DNA from: Candidatus Magasanikbacteria bacterium CG1_02_41_34
GTDB lineage: Bacteria > Patescibacteriota > Patescibacteriia > Magasanikbacterales > UBA922
Length of the DNA stretch: 64,000 nt
NCBI GenBank assembly: GCA_001871445.1
Contig: MNVD01000025.1
Location: 8,808-72,807 of the forward strand
Direction of reading: 5' to 3'
In this document: piece by piece, positions 37,637-47,645 of the stretch
Layout of the letters: the number at the start of each line of letters is the position of its first letter
Numbering within the stretch: the stretch's first letter is position 1
Translations under genes and position numbers: made by a program
Notes under the pieces: model-generated
What the model was told of the DNA's origin: nothing
What the model saw: the letters and a program-made list of their open reading frames with translations, nothing else
Databases searched by the model: none

Positions 37637-38907
37637 TCGCTTTCTACATTCTCTACGCAGCATTCTATTTTCTGATCACGTGGCAACGCTTTTCCTACGG
37701 TGTTTTTTTGCTGTTTCTTCTTCTACCGACATACTTACTTCGATTCTCTATAGGCCCACTCCCAATGACGATTCTTGAAATCATGATTTTGGTAGTATGT
37801 ATAATAGGGATTCTGAAACACGCAAGGCACATTGAAGAATCTCTTCTTACCCTTTTTAAAAAACATAGGCTGTTCACACTAGGAACAATACTTTTTCTCA
37901 TTGCAGCAACAGTATCAATCTTTACTGCTGTCGATATGCGTGCTGCTCTTGGTGAATGGAAGGCATTTTACATAGAACCGTTTGCACTTTTCCTTATTCT
38001 CTACTTTGCAAGAGATCGTATAGAGATAAAAACAGATATTCTTCTTCCACTCGTACTTTCTGGACTTGCAACATCGCTCTTTGCAATAATTCAACACTTC
38101 ACAGGATGGATGGTGCCCTGGGATTTTTGGCAGAATAATGCGACATATCGCGTGACCACGTGGTATGGCTTTCCAAATGGTGTAGGATTATTCATTGCGC
38201 CGCTCGTTGTACTAGCGGTAGCAATCGTGTGGCAACGTCTCTTCCAAAAACAAAAAGATGATTGGGCAACTGGGCAATTTGTGAGCTGGATATTGTTGGT
38301 TTCTTGTTTTTCATTACTTCTTATCGGACCTCTCGCTATATATTATGCAAAATCAACTGGTGGACTTATTGGTGTTGCGGCTGGTATCGGAATGATATTG
38401 CTTTTACATAAAAAAACTCGTTGGTCAGCTGTTGCCGTTGGTATTGTTGGACTGATAAGTCTTCTGAGCATTCCAAGACTTCATAGCCTTCGAGCAGAAC
38501 TCTTCTTCCAAGATCGTTCCGGACAAATTCGTCTGTCGATGTGGCAAGACACAATAAACTTACTCCAAGATCGTCCGCTCCTCGGTGCAGGATTGGCATC
38601 GTATGATGAACGTATTGCCCCCTATCACACGATGGTCAATGGTGAAGGTATAGAAATTTTTCATCATCCACACAATATCTTTCTCACAATGTATGTGAAT
38701 CTTGGTGTGTTTGGTCTTATCGGATTTATCCTAATGATTATTGGATTGTTTTTTTCTGCTACAAGGAAATATGGCTTATGGATCATGGTACTTGCACTTA
38801 TCACCACGTTCGTAGTGACAGGTCTTGTGGATTCACCATATATAAAGAATGATTTGGCAGTGTTGTTTTGGGTGTTTCCATTGATGCTAGTGGCTAGACA
38901 AGACTGA
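37633..38907 (+). CDS. O-antigen ligase/polymerase-like (Wzy/RfaL-type) membrane protein
   Basis: Polytopic. The LLGAGLASYDERIAPYH...HHPHNIFL loop is typical of O-antigen ligase. The start is taken at the ATG at 37633 rather than 37477. Confidence 0.6.
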   Translation: MIAFYILYAAFYFLITWQRFSYGVFLLFLLLPTYLLRFSIGPLPMTILEIMILVVCIIGILKHARHIEESLLTLFKKHRLFTLGTILFLIAATVSIFTAVDMRAALGEWKAFYIEPFALFLILYFARDRIEIKTDILLPLVLSGLATSLFAIIQHFTGWMVPWDFWQNNATYRVTTWYGFPNGVGLFIAPLVVLAVAIVWQRLFQKQKDDWATGQFVSWILLVSCFSLLLIGPLAIYYAKSTGGLIGVAAGIGMILLLHKKTRWSAVAVGIVGLISLLSIPRLHSLRAELFFQDRSGQIRLSMWQDTINLLQDRPLLGAGLASYDERIAPYHTMVNGEGIEIFHHPHNIFLTMYVNLGVFGLIGFILMIIGLFFSATRKYGLWIMVLALITTFVVTGLVDSPYIKNDLAVLFWVFPLMLVARQD

Positions 38908-38933
38908 CTTCTTGGCGTACAATCCGAGACCAT

Positions 38934-39023
38934 GGAGAGGTGTCAGAGTGGTCGAATGTGCCGCTTTCGAAAAGCGGTGTTCGGGAAACCGAACCGCGGG
39001 TTCAAATCCCGCCCTCTCCGCCA
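38934..39023 (+). tRNA. tRNA-Ser (anticodon CGA), long variable arm, CCA encoded
   Basis: GGAGAGG acceptor pairing with CCTCTCC. Anticodon stem CCGCT/AGCGG with loop TTCGAAA. T-loop GGTTCAAATCC. A small hairpin (gaggtgtggtcacctc) follows. Confidence 0.85.
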
Positions 39024-39205
39024 ATTTTCAGAATTTTCGGAAGTTTTACGCACCTGAGGTGTGGTCACCTCGCCTGAGGGAGAGGCTGAAAGGGCTGATT
39101 TTATCATGCTCGCAGACGGGAGTTGCTCCAGCAGCTTCTATATATTTTTGGATATACAGCAATACAAAAATACGGTATGATATAAAAGTATTTTGTAAAT
39201 TTTTT

Positions 39206-39826
39206 ATGAAAAAACGCTCAACCAATCTACAGCATTACTTCCTTCAAGATATCAATCCCGTTATTCGATTTCTTATTCTTTCAGATACCATTGTTATGGG
39301 ATCTGTGGGATTGTTGGGGCCAATTTTTGCACTCTTTATTACAGATTTTATTACTGGTGGAAATGAAGCTGTCGCAGGACTTGCAGCGGGCATTTATCTT
39401 TTTACAAAAAGCGTTCTTCAAATTCCTATTGCACATTTTATCGACAAAATACGCGGAGAAAAAGATGACTTTTGGCTCTTGTTTATTTTTACCCTACTCA
39501 TGGCGTTTGTTCCTCTACTCTATCTTATCATTCATACCCCAGCCCAACTGTACCTAGTTCAATTTTTATTAGGTTTTTTTACTGCGTTTACATTCCCTAC
39601 ATACATGGCAATTTTTACTCGTCATATCGATAAAAAAAAGGAAGGGACAGAATGGGGTGTGTATTTCACACTCACAGATTTGACAAGTGCAGCACTTGCA
39701 GCACTTGGTGGATTTATCGCCACATATAGTGGATTTCCGATTCTTATCGTATCGGTTGTGGTTGTATCATTTATTGGAGCGCTCCTCCTCTGGCCTATCA
39801 AACCGTATCTTAAAATGTCTTCATAA
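39206..39826 (+). CDS. Hypothetical polytopic membrane protein (MFS-like half transporter?)
   Basis: Start taken at the ATG at 39206 (MKKRSTN...). The ORF-track start at 38912 overlaps the tRNA and is rejected. Six predicted TM helices. Confidence 0.45.
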   Translation: MKKRSTNLQHYFLQDINPVIRFLILSDTIVMGSVGLLGPIFALFITDFITGGNEAVAGLAAGIYLFTKSVLQIPIAHFIDKIRGEKDDFWLLFIFTLLMAFVPLLYLIIHTPAQLYLVQFLLGFFTAFTFPTYMAIFTRHIDKKKEGTEWGVYFTLTDLTSAALAALGGFIATYSGFPILIVSVVVVSFIGALLLWPIKPYLKMSS

Positions 39827-39837
39827 CCACATTATAT

Positions 39838-40236
39838 ATGAAAAAACTCTTCAACATACTTTTCGTCACACTTGGTATCATCTTCTTCCTCCTGATTCTT
39901 GCGGGTGTGTATCTCTACGTCGCCGATCCGTATGGGATAAAGCCACTCATCCAGCAACTCTCTGGACAAGCAACTCCTATGTCTCCAACTCCAACCTCAC
40001 CAACAACACCGACGGAACAAAAAAACACGACTGCCAGTACAAATCCCCTTTTGTCACCAACACAAGAACAAACATTAGAAAAATTGGGGATAGATACTGC
40101 GACGTTGCCGACAAGCATCACACCAGCAATGGAAGCATGTTTCTATACAAAGCTCGGCATCACTCGTGCAGATGAAATCAAACATGGTGCAACACCTACT
40201 GCAGGTGATTATTTCGCAGCTCGTTCTTGTCTTTAA
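39838..40236 (+). CDS. Hypothetical membrane-anchored protein with a T/P-rich linker
   Basis: N-terminal TM helix, then a PTPTSPTTPTEQ linker and a small C-terminal domain. Confidence 0.45.
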   Translation: MKKLFNILFVTLGIIFFLLILAGVYLYVADPYGIKPLIQQLSGQATPMSPTPTSPTTPTEQKNTTASTNPLLSPTQEQTLEKLGIDTATLPTSITPAMEACFYTKLGITRADEIKHGATPTAGDYFAARSCL

Positions 40237-40250
40237 AATATATTCTGTAT

Positions 40251-40290
40251 AAAAAACATCCCCGTCACTTCGACGGGGATGTTTTTATTT
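40251..40290. terminator. Bidirectional rho-independent terminator
   Basis: aaaaaa CATCCCCGTC acttc GACGGGGATG ttttt, a 10-bp perfect stem. Confidence 0.75.
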
Positions 40291-40291
40291 C

Positions 40292-40948
40292 TCAAAACTT
40301 TTCATGAATATGCAAATGCTTCCGCATGTGCCACTTCCACGATTGAAAACTTTCTACGAGCACAATAAATCCAAGTATCACCATCACCGTCACAACTGGT
40401 TGTGTGTGATACAACGGCACATGAATACTTGTAGGCAACGATCCAGACACTCCTCTCAACAAAAGCCATAGGAGCCAACCAAACACACCGGCAACCAAAA
40501 ACTTCACCAGAAAAAAATCAAAATTCAAAAAATTCTGAATAAATTTTCCATCCATTTTTCTAATCCACTTGATATATTTCCGAGACACAGGATGTTTGCG
40601 GGTATACAACACCAACAATTTTCCAATAAAAATGAGTACCGCAAGTACCACAATAGAAAGAACAATATCCCTCATCACATGCCACCATGTTGGGTATTCT
40701 CCTCGAAGTGTCATCACGAGCGGGGTATCCATCAGCTGGAGACCTTTTGGGAGGGTAAGAGTGGCATAGAGAAAGATAAGGCCCGCAATACGCTGAATCC
40801 AGAGCAGCCATGAGCTATATTTTTTTTGCTGTGGGTAGAATATTTTTTCCATAGGGTGGAACTCTTTACAAGATCGTTTTCTTACGCTATTGTACCACGG
40901 CTCGACAGCTTGACAAAATAACAGTTTTGTGCTACATTGAGCCATCAA
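40292..40948 (-). CDS. Hypothetical membrane protein
   Basis: Several TM helices. The start is uncertain. An internal MEKIFYPQ ATG at 40852 is an alternative start. Confidence 0.45.
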   Translation of the reverse strand: MMAQCSTKLLFCQAVEPWYNSVRKRSCKEFHPMEKIFYPQQKKYSSWLLWIQRIAGLIFLYATLTLPKGLQLMDTPLVMTLRGEYPTWWHVMRDIVLSIVVLAVLIFIGKLLVLYTRKHPVSRKYIKWIRKMDGKFIQNFLNFDFFLVKFLVAGVFGWLLWLLLRGVSGSLPTSIHVPLYHTQPVVTVMVILGFIVLVESFQSWKWHMRKHLHIHEKF

Positions 40949-40986
40949 TCTTATTTATACTATAATTGTATTAATAACACATATCT

Positions 40987-43284
40987 ATGAAAAAAAACTT
41001 TTTCGCTAAAATCGGTCATTTTGCCGTAGTGGGGGCACTTTTATTCAATACGTTTGGTGTGGCGTTAGTGCATGCTGAAGTATCCACAGTAGGGTTTAAA
41101 ACTGCTTCTGCTGGAGTTACTGAAGGTGATGGTACCTATACAATCCCATTTGTACTTTCTCAACCTGTGACTGCAGACGCTGGTCTGGATGTCTGTTTTG
41201 GTGCAGGTGGGACAGCCTCGACAACTGATGATTATTTGTTTGATATATCTAATGGTGGTACATACTGCCAAGTAGCCGGCCAATACACTTACACAGTTCA
41301 TCTTGTCAAAGGAGAATCTCGTGGTTCTATTGGAGTTGTGGTACAAGATGATCAGATAGTAGAAGGTGATGAGGCCTTGGTTTTAACGATGCTTGATGTT
41401 CAAGCAAATGCCACTGTAAATTCAGATCCAAGTCCCGAAGCAAGTGTCGATGCTAACAATAACACATTTACACTTACTATTCATGATAATGATATCTATG
41501 CTCCTACAGTAAGTGAAACTCACAATACTGTTATGGAAGGAGAACAAGCTAGTGAACAAACAGTGAGTGCGCCTGGTGTCGAAGTAGCGACATTAACAAA
41601 TAACAGTGACACTGATTTGGATTATATATTAGATTTTTCTGGTACTGCGACAATGTCCAATGATTATGACGTTGCTTGGTTTGAAACTCCAGAAATCTTA
41701 TCTATTATGTCGAATCAAACTAACAATTTTCTAACAATACGAAGCCATTCATCTGTGACATTGTATGTATACGCTTCAGGTGCGCAAGACGATACAGCAT
41801 ATGAAGGAACAGAGTCAGCTACGTTTAGTATAAAAAAAGCTGTTGACCCAAATGATGAAACAAATATTATTGCAGACTTTTCTAACAATCCGATAGAGTT
41901 TAGTGTCAATATATTGGATAATGATACAAATGTCGCTTTTGGCACATCCAGTTCTTTGGTACCTCCTACTTCTGGAAATGCAAATGTAGCAAAGATTGTA
42001 AATAATAGTGACCTCGACGTTGCCGTTTCATTTACACTCGAAGGAACTGCGGGACTTGGTACAGATTATGATCTGAGAAATGAAGCCCCTCTTCTTAATT
42101 TTGGAAGTGAAGCAATAAAGTGGCTTGTCCCTGCGAACAGTAGTTCTAGTCTTCCTATTACAATCAATGACAATATTGGTGTTGAAAAAAAGATTGTAGT
42201 TTCTATTACTGGTATTGAATATCAAGATGGAGAAAGCATTCTTCCATTGAATCCCGTTTCTGAGCAACTATCTCATACAGTATTTCTAAACACATCGCCA
42301 GTACTAACGGAAGCCACATTACAAAATCAAAGTATCGATCTCTATACAACAACGACAGCTACGATAAGCAATGAAATTATCAAAGCCGCTTTCAATGACC
42401 CTGATGAAAATAGGCTCATGTTTAGTGTTTCTGGAAATACAAATGAGTCAGCGGTAACAGCAAATTTTGATGATGTTTCAAATCTGACTCTAACGGGATT
42501 ACATGTTGGTACAAGTACTATCGAAGTCACTGCAGACGATCAATACAATGGAATAGTTACCACAACATTTGATGTTGTTGTTACAGATTCTACTCCTACT
42601 AACAATGGTGGTGGAACATTCCTCCCAAATACACCTCCAACGGCAGCATTTACGACTGGACAAGAAGTAACGATAGCAGTCAATACAGAAGTTACGTTTG
42701 ATGCAAGCGATAGCACAGACAAAGAAGGAAATATTCAATTTTACTTCTGGAACTTTGGAGACGAAAGTGCTGAAGAATACTACACAGCTCCAACCGTCAC
42801 TCATACGTATACAACAATCGGTACATACACACTTGCTGTGCGAGTCCGAGATTCACATGGTGCAGAAAGTACAGCAACAGTTGCAGTACATGTAGTAAAA
42901 GAAAATGGCAGTACACCAACCACAGAAACCGGAAACTCAGGAACACCTTCAACGAGCACACCAAGTACAGATAACGGAACACCTACAGACAATGGAAATA
43001 CGCCAGAAGAAACAAGAGAGACAACAGTCCCTCCAACAAGAGAAACTACAACTCCAGGTACTCCTACTGAAGCAACCCCTTCAGGAGAAGAGGTTACTGA
43101 AGAACCGACTACAGACAATACAGAGCAAAAGACAACAAATGATAATGGTGAAGAAGTTGAAACACCTACCACCGAAGAAAAACAAGGACTTCCAACGTGG
43201 ATCCGTATCTTCTTTGGCAGTGGTGCCGTGGCAGCAATCGCTGGTGCTGGTATCGCAATCAACCGAGCACGCAAAGCTCTCTAA
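40987..43284 (+). CDS. Cell-surface protein with a PKD domain and a C-terminal membrane anchor
   Basis: Signal peptide. PKD-like block (TFDASDSTDKEGNIQFYFWNFGDES...VTHTYTTIGTYTLAVRVRDSHGAEST). T/P/E-rich stalk. C-terminal TM plus RARKAL. Confidence 0.65.
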   Translation: MKKNFFAKIGHFAVVGALLFNTFGVALVHAEVSTVGFKTASAGVTEGDGTYTIPFVLSQPVTADAGLDVCFGAGGTASTTDDYLFDISNGGTYCQVAGQYTYTVHLVKGESRGSIGVVVQDDQIVEGDEALVLTMLDVQANATVNSDPSPEASVDANNNTFTLTIHDNDIYAPTVSETHNTVMEGEQASEQTVSAPGVEVATLTNNSDTDLDYILDFSGTATMSNDYDVAWFETPEILSIMSNQTNNFLTIRSHSSVTLYVYASGAQDDTAYEGTESATFSIKKAVDPNDETNIIADFSNNPIEFSVNILDNDTNVAFGTSSSLVPPTSGNANVAKIVNNSDLDVAVSFTLEGTAGLGTDYDLRNEAPLLNFGSEAIKWLVPANSSSSLPITINDNIGVEKKIVVSITGIEYQDGESILPLNPVSEQLSHTVFLNTSPVLTEATLQNQSIDLYTTTTATISNEIIKAAFNDPDENRLMFSVSGNTNESAVTANFDDVSNLTLTGLHVGTSTIEVTADDQYNGIVTTTFDVVVTDSTPTNNGGGTFLPNTPPTAAFTTGQEVTIAVNTEVTFDASDSTDKEGNIQFYFWNFGDESAEEYYTAPTVTHTYTTIGTYTLAVRVRDSHGAESTATVAVHVVKENGSTPTTETGNSGTPSTSTPSTDNGTPTDNGNTPEETRETTVPPTRETTTPGTPTEATPSGEEVTEEPTTDNTEQKTTNDNGEEVETPTTEEKQGLPTWIRIFFGSGAVAAIAGAGIAINRARKAL

Positions 43285-43832
43285 TACAAATAACGAACAC
43301 AGAAAACACTACAGAGGCATCGATAACACCAAACACCCTCCGTGATATTCTGGCATCTGGCAAAAGTCTCACCTGTACCTTTTCTCAAGATGATGGATAT
43401 GGCATACAACAAGGAACAACCTATATCGATACTGGACGAGTTCGTGGCGACATTATGGTCACAGAACAAGATGGCACGACAAAAGAATCACATGTCATCC
43501 TCAACGATGGATGGGCATACACCTGGGGCGCAGCATTTGATGCCAAAGAAGGGCTAAAAATGAAAACAGTTATAACGGCAACCTCGACAGCAGACAGTAA
43601 TAACTTTCTGGACCCAGATCAACACATTGAGTATCACTGTACACCATGGCATGCAGACAACAGCATATTTGAAACACCAAAAGATATTACATTCAAAGAA
43701 TTTTCTCTTGGAAGCCAAATGTTCCAAACCACCACTGACGCATCAAACACAGCAGTAGACTGCAGTATCTGTGACCAAGCACCTGGCCCAGATGCACAGG
43801 CGCAATGTCGTACAGCACTAGGGTGCGAATAA
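43197..43832 (+). CDS. Hypothetical Cys-rich protein with an uncertain start (overlaps the previous gene by 88 nt in another frame)
   Basis: Protein-like ORF continuing to 43832 (…CTPWHADNS…CSICDQAPGPDAQAQCRTALGCE). The only ATG in frame lies inside the upstream gene. A non-ATG start or a frameshift is possible. Confidence 0.3.
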   Translation: MDPYLLWQWCRGSNRWCWYRNQPSTQSSLIQITNTENTTEASITPNTLRDILASGKSLTCTFSQDDGYGIQQGTTYIDTGRVRGDIMVTEQDGTTKESHVILNDGWAYTWGAAFDAKEGLKMKTVITATSTADSNNFLDPDQHIEYHCTPWHADNSIFETPKDITFKEFSLGSQMFQTTTDASNTAVDCSICDQAPGPDAQAQCRTALGCE

Positions 43833-43855
43833 CATAAAAAATCCAAACAACAAAT

Positions 43856-43886
43856 AAAAATCGCCTACCTGGCGATTTTTATCATG
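43856..43886. terminator. Bidirectional rho-independent terminator
   Basis: aaaaa TCGCC tacct GGCGA ttttt. Confidence 0.6.
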
Positions 43887-43900
43887 ATATAATCGCGCAC

Positions 43901-44104
43901 TTACACGATATCATCACTATTTTTATTTTTCGAAAAATATCTCATTGCAAAAATAACACCAACAAGTACGACCGCCAAAATACCTACAGCAAGAGGATGA
44001 CCAAATATACCAAGTGCATTGTGGAGATCACTGTCCGTATGCGCAAATACAACACTAGGGAAGAAGAAAAACAAAGCTGCTGGGAAAGAATATATATAGT
44101 TCAT
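43901..44104 (-). CDS. Possible small membrane protein (about 67 aa)
   Basis: MNYIYSFPAALFFFFPSVVFA...GILAVVLVGVIFAMRYF has two hydrophobic segments. It ends at the bidirectional terminator. Confidence 0.3.
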   Translation of the reverse strand: MNYIYSFPAALFFFFPSVVFAHTDSDLHNALGIFGHPLAVGILAVVLVGVIFAMRYFSKNKNSDDIV

Positions 44105-44145
44105 ACCAACAATACAATGAATAAGCATGATATACTGTATGATAT

Positions 44146-44844
44146 ATGAATCATACAGCAATCACAAGAGCCATACACCAACAAGCAGACACTGCGCGTG
44201 CGATACATTCGATGCGTTTTTTTAAAACTGGCACAAGAGAGTATGGGGAAGGAGACATATTCCTCGGTCTGACCGTCCCTATGCAACGAACCATCGCAAA
44301 AACATTCCGAGACCTGCCGATGCCTACTATATTGAAATTGTTACACAGTACCTATCACGAATATCGCCAGATTGCACTTTTTATTTTGGTATTACAATTT
44401 GAACGAGGCGATACACGTATACAAAAACAGATCGTCGACATCTATCTTTCAAATACTGCATGCATTAATAATTGGGATCTGGTTGACCTCAGCGCTCACA
44501 AAATTCTTGGCGTGTGGCTTCGAACACGAAATAGGAAAATACTCGCTCGTTTGGCAACATCAAAAAGTTTGTGGGAGCGACGTATTGCGATTATTTCCAC
44601 TTTTGCCTTCATTGCCGAAAGACAATTTGAAGATACCATTGCGCTCAGTACCATCTTGCTTCAAGATACACATGATCTTATACACAAAGCAGTCGGATGG
44701 GCACTCAGAGAAGTAGGGAAAAAAGATATCAACGTACTAAAACATTTTTTGAATGTGCATGCAAAGACAATGCCCCGAACCATGCTCCGTTACGCTATAG
44801 AAAAATTTCCAGAATCAAAAAGAAAACAATATCTTACTATGTAA
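44146..44844 (+). CDS. DNA alkylation repair enzyme (AlkD-like HEAT-repeat glycosylase family)
   Basis: RFFKTGTREYGEGDIFLGLTVPMQR...WDLVDLSAHKILG...LWERRIAIIST is the DNA_alkylation family signature. Confidence 0.7.
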   Translation: MNHTAITRAIHQQADTARAIHSMRFFKTGTREYGEGDIFLGLTVPMQRTIAKTFRDLPMPTILKLLHSTYHEYRQIALFILVLQFERGDTRIQKQIVDIYLSNTACINNWDLVDLSAHKILGVWLRTRNRKILARLATSKSLWERRIAIISTFAFIAERQFEDTIALSTILLQDTHDLIHKAVGWALREVGKKDINVLKHFLNVHAKTMPRTMLRYAIEKFPESKRKQYLTM

Positions 44845-44853
44845 CCCTTTTAC

Positions 44854-45849
44854 ATGAACTCACGAATCATCTTCTCTATAAAACATACTGTTCTCGTTTT
44901 TTTTGGCACGTGTGTATTGGCTCTGCCTACACACGCCGCAACAATACTTTCAGTACCCTTTACCTCGCAAGCACCTGATGGCATATGGATACAACCATGG
45001 CTCGATGCTTGTGAGGAAACAAGTGTCCTTATGGTACATAGATATTACATTGGCACAGATATACAAAATAGTACCGATGCAAAAAAAGGGATTCTTGAAA
45101 TGTTTGACATGAAACATGTACTTTTTGAAGAAAGTTTGGACGAATCAATACGTACTATGACTGACGTCATTAATAATTTTCTTCCATGGAGCGCGCACGT
45201 TGTAGAATATCCTACACTCGACGCAATAAAAGCTGAAATAGACGCCGGACGCCCGGTCATTATTCCAGCATATGCTTCCGCACTTCACAATGAGTATTTT
45301 CGTGGATTTTTTCCTTATCATATGTTTGTCATTTCTGGATATGACGATAGGGATCAGACTTTCATTGCCGAAGATCCAGGGAGCCACTATGGACACGCAT
45401 ACCGCTATAAATATGATACTGTGCTGAGTGCCATGCATGATTTTCTCCCCAACAACATACAGAATGGTTCAAAACTTGCCATGTTTACTAATCCAGAACT
45501 CGGAAACACAGCAAACCTTGATGGTGACCAAGATGGTCTGACAAAAGCAGAGGAATTTTCAAATGGAACAGTCTCTTATTTGTTTGATTCTGATGGCGAT
45601 GGTTTTAGTGACGGCATAGAAGTGAAGTATGGGTATCTTCCAACAAAAAATGAACAGACTGCTGTAACACAAGGAGCTCTTCTTATCGCCCAGGGATCAC
45701 CACATGTCTATTATATGGATGCTGGGACAAAACGACATGTTTCAAATGAAACTGTTTTTTATCGTCATGACTGGAGTTGGGGTATGCTTGAATGGATCAG
45801 CGATGCCATAATGAAAACAATTCCAGAAGGAACACCATTGACTTCATAG
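44854..45849 (+). CDS. Secreted protein with a papain-like (C39-like) peptidase domain, putative
   Basis: Signal peptide. SVPFTSQAPDGIWIQPWLDACEETSVLMV with a candidate catalytic Cys. C-terminal D-rich repeats (DGDQDG, DSDGDGFSDG). Confidence 0.45.
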   Translation: MNSRIIFSIKHTVLVFFGTCVLALPTHAATILSVPFTSQAPDGIWIQPWLDACEETSVLMVHRYYIGTDIQNSTDAKKGILEMFDMKHVLFEESLDESIRTMTDVINNFLPWSAHVVEYPTLDAIKAEIDAGRPVIIPAYASALHNEYFRGFFPYHMFVISGYDDRDQTFIAEDPGSHYGHAYRYKYDTVLSAMHDFLPNNIQNGSKLAMFTNPELGNTANLDGDQDGLTKAEEFSNGTVSYLFDSDGDGFSDGIEVKYGYLPTKNEQTAVTQGALLIAQGSPHVYYMDAGTKRHVSNETVFYRHDWSWGMLEWISDAIMKTIPEGTPLTS

Positions 45850-45861
45850 ACAATACAGCCT

Positions 45862-47196
45862 ATGATAAGGGCCGTTTTGTCGTATGCATCTATGAAAGAG
45901 CGCTATACCGTCACAATTGAAAAGCTCATCTTTGGTGGTCAAGGTTTGGCACGACTTGGTGATGTAGGGAATCCAAGATTCAATGGCAAAACAGTCTTTG
46001 TGTGGAATGCATTGCCTGGAGAAGTCTTGGAGATAGATATTGTAAAAAATAAAAAAACATATCTTGAAGCCATTGCCGTGAATATTCTCGAGCCATCACC
46101 AGAACGAATTACACCAAAAGAGGATCATTTTCTTTCTACCAGCCCTTGGCAAATTATTTCGTTTGACCGAGAACAATATTGGAAAAAAGCAATTGCCGCT
46201 GAAACATATAGTAAAATTGGAGATCTTATTCTCAACGATACATCACTTGATATTACGACAGATGGTAACACTGGTGGATATCGCAACAAAATGGAATTTA
46301 GTTTTACAGAAGAGCATGGAAAAATTCATTTGGCTTTTTTTGAACGAGGAGGAAAGGAACGTTTTGTTGTAGAACAATCTTCTCTCGCTATGCCAGTCAT
46401 CAATACGGTTTCTACACACATCCTCGATTGGATACGAGACAAACACATTCCGCTTCGCAGTTTGAAAACGTTGATCGTCCGGGCAAATACTGCTGGCGAA
46501 ACAATTGCGGCATTGTTTATCAAAGACAAATTAACTTTTGAAACATATCCCGCTCTTTTAGAAAAACAACGTGGGTTTCAACTTTATTATTCTACACATA
46601 AAAGCCCTGCTGCCGTCCCTACAAAACTTCTCTATACGGTAGGAAAAAACACATTGACACAAGATATACTCGGTACCTCACTTGCGTATGGTATATTTAG
46701 TTTTTTTCAAATCAATCCACCCATATTTGAAATGGCATTGAAAGACATGGCGGCATTTCTTGATCCAAAAAAACCACTCTTAGATTTTTATGCTGGCGTT
46801 GGAGCTATTTCGCTTCCGATAGCCATGAACCGAGAAGAAACAATACTGGTAGAAAGCAACAAAGATGCAGCGGCATTCGCACGAGAAAACATTGCCCTCA
46901 ATCATACGCCACATGCAGAAGTGTATGATATGCCAGCAGAGCATATGACAGATGTCATAGATAGCAACAAACAAATAATTCTTGATCCACCAAGAGCTGG
47001 CCTACATGTATCGGTCATCCAAAAGTTATTGTCAACAAAACCAGAACGCATTATCTATCTTTCATGCAATCTGTCTACCCAAGCACGCGATATGAAGATG
47101 CTGAGCGAACACTACAAACCAATGTTTTTCAAACTTTACAACTTCTTTCCACGTACACCACATATAGAAGGATTGGTAGTATTGGAAAAAGTATAA
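45862..47196 (+). CDS. TrmA/RlmD-family RNA (uracil-5-)-methyltransferase with an N-terminal TRAM domain
   Basis: TRAM-like N-terminus (VTIEKLIFGGQGLARL...). Class I SAM MTase motifs (LLDFYAGVGAISL, ILDPPRAG). Confidence 0.8.
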   Translation: MIRAVLSYASMKERYTVTIEKLIFGGQGLARLGDVGNPRFNGKTVFVWNALPGEVLEIDIVKNKKTYLEAIAVNILEPSPERITPKEDHFLSTSPWQIISFDREQYWKKAIAAETYSKIGDLILNDTSLDITTDGNTGGYRNKMEFSFTEEHGKIHLAFFERGGKERFVVEQSSLAMPVINTVSTHILDWIRDKHIPLRSLKTLIVRANTAGETIAALFIKDKLTFETYPALLEKQRGFQLYYSTHKSPAAVPTKLLYTVGKNTLTQDILGTSLAYGIFSFFQINPPIFEMALKDMAAFLDPKKPLLDFYAGVGAISLPIAMNREETILVESNKDAAAFARENIALNHTPHAEVYDMPAEHMTDVIDSNKQIILDPPRAGLHVSVIQKLLSTKPERIIYLSCNLSTQARDMKMLSEHYKPMFFKLYNFFPRTPHIEGLVVLEKV

Positions 47197-47229
47197 CGAT
47201 GACATTTGCTAAAAAAACTACACCATGTG

Positions 47230-47600
47230 TATACTATATCTATGAAGAGGGGGCACGGTGCCACCTTTTTTTTGTCTCTAGCCAGAGGAGAGCCGCCATG
47301 CTTCCCGTCTCGAAGCACAGCCAGCCCCGCCGATCCCACCAGCACCTCACCGGCGGGCGCGTGAAGAACTGTCGGCTCCTCCGACCAAACAATCGCGCGG
47401 GATAGGCGCGACCCCCTCCTGCGTGCGAGATGCACTCAGATGAACGGCGCCACGCCGTGTGATGCGCGGGTGTTGAGTCGCTGAGGCGACTTCACCCATG
47501 ACAAGCGTCACGAAACCAAGGTCCGGACGGGAGCACACCGGCTCACTGTACATGAGCACTGTGTCACCCGTCCGGACCGCGGTGCATTCTAAAAAAGAAT
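47230..47600. other. GC-rich (~60%) non-coding block with no intact ORF. Contains a 12-bp perfect inverted repeat ggtccggacggg/cccgtccggacc.
   Basis: Composition matches the high-GC ORFs, but only short overlapping ORFs in different frames are present. It could be a decayed high-GC gene or an ncRNA. Confidence 0.3.
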
Positions 47601-47603
47601 ATA

Positions 47604-47636
47604 CAAAAAAACATCCCATTCAGGGATGTTTTTTTA
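47604..47636. terminator. Bidirectional rho-independent terminator (rpsR end)
   Basis: acaaaaaaa CATCCC attca GGGATG ttttttt. Confidence 0.7.
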
Positions 47637-47645
47637 TATGAATAT

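Noticed and set aside
38912-39205. Upstream extension of ORF 38912-39826
   Set aside because: It would overlap the tRNA-Ser gene. The start was moved to the ATG at 39206.
47521-47545. SRP (4.5S) RNA domain IV-like motif AGGTCCGGAcGGgAGCAcac
   Set aside because: About 15/20 identity to the AGGUCCGGAAGGAAGCAGC consensus, but the surrounding sequence does not form the expected SRP helix 8 pairing. It is kept only as a remark in the finding for 47230-47600.
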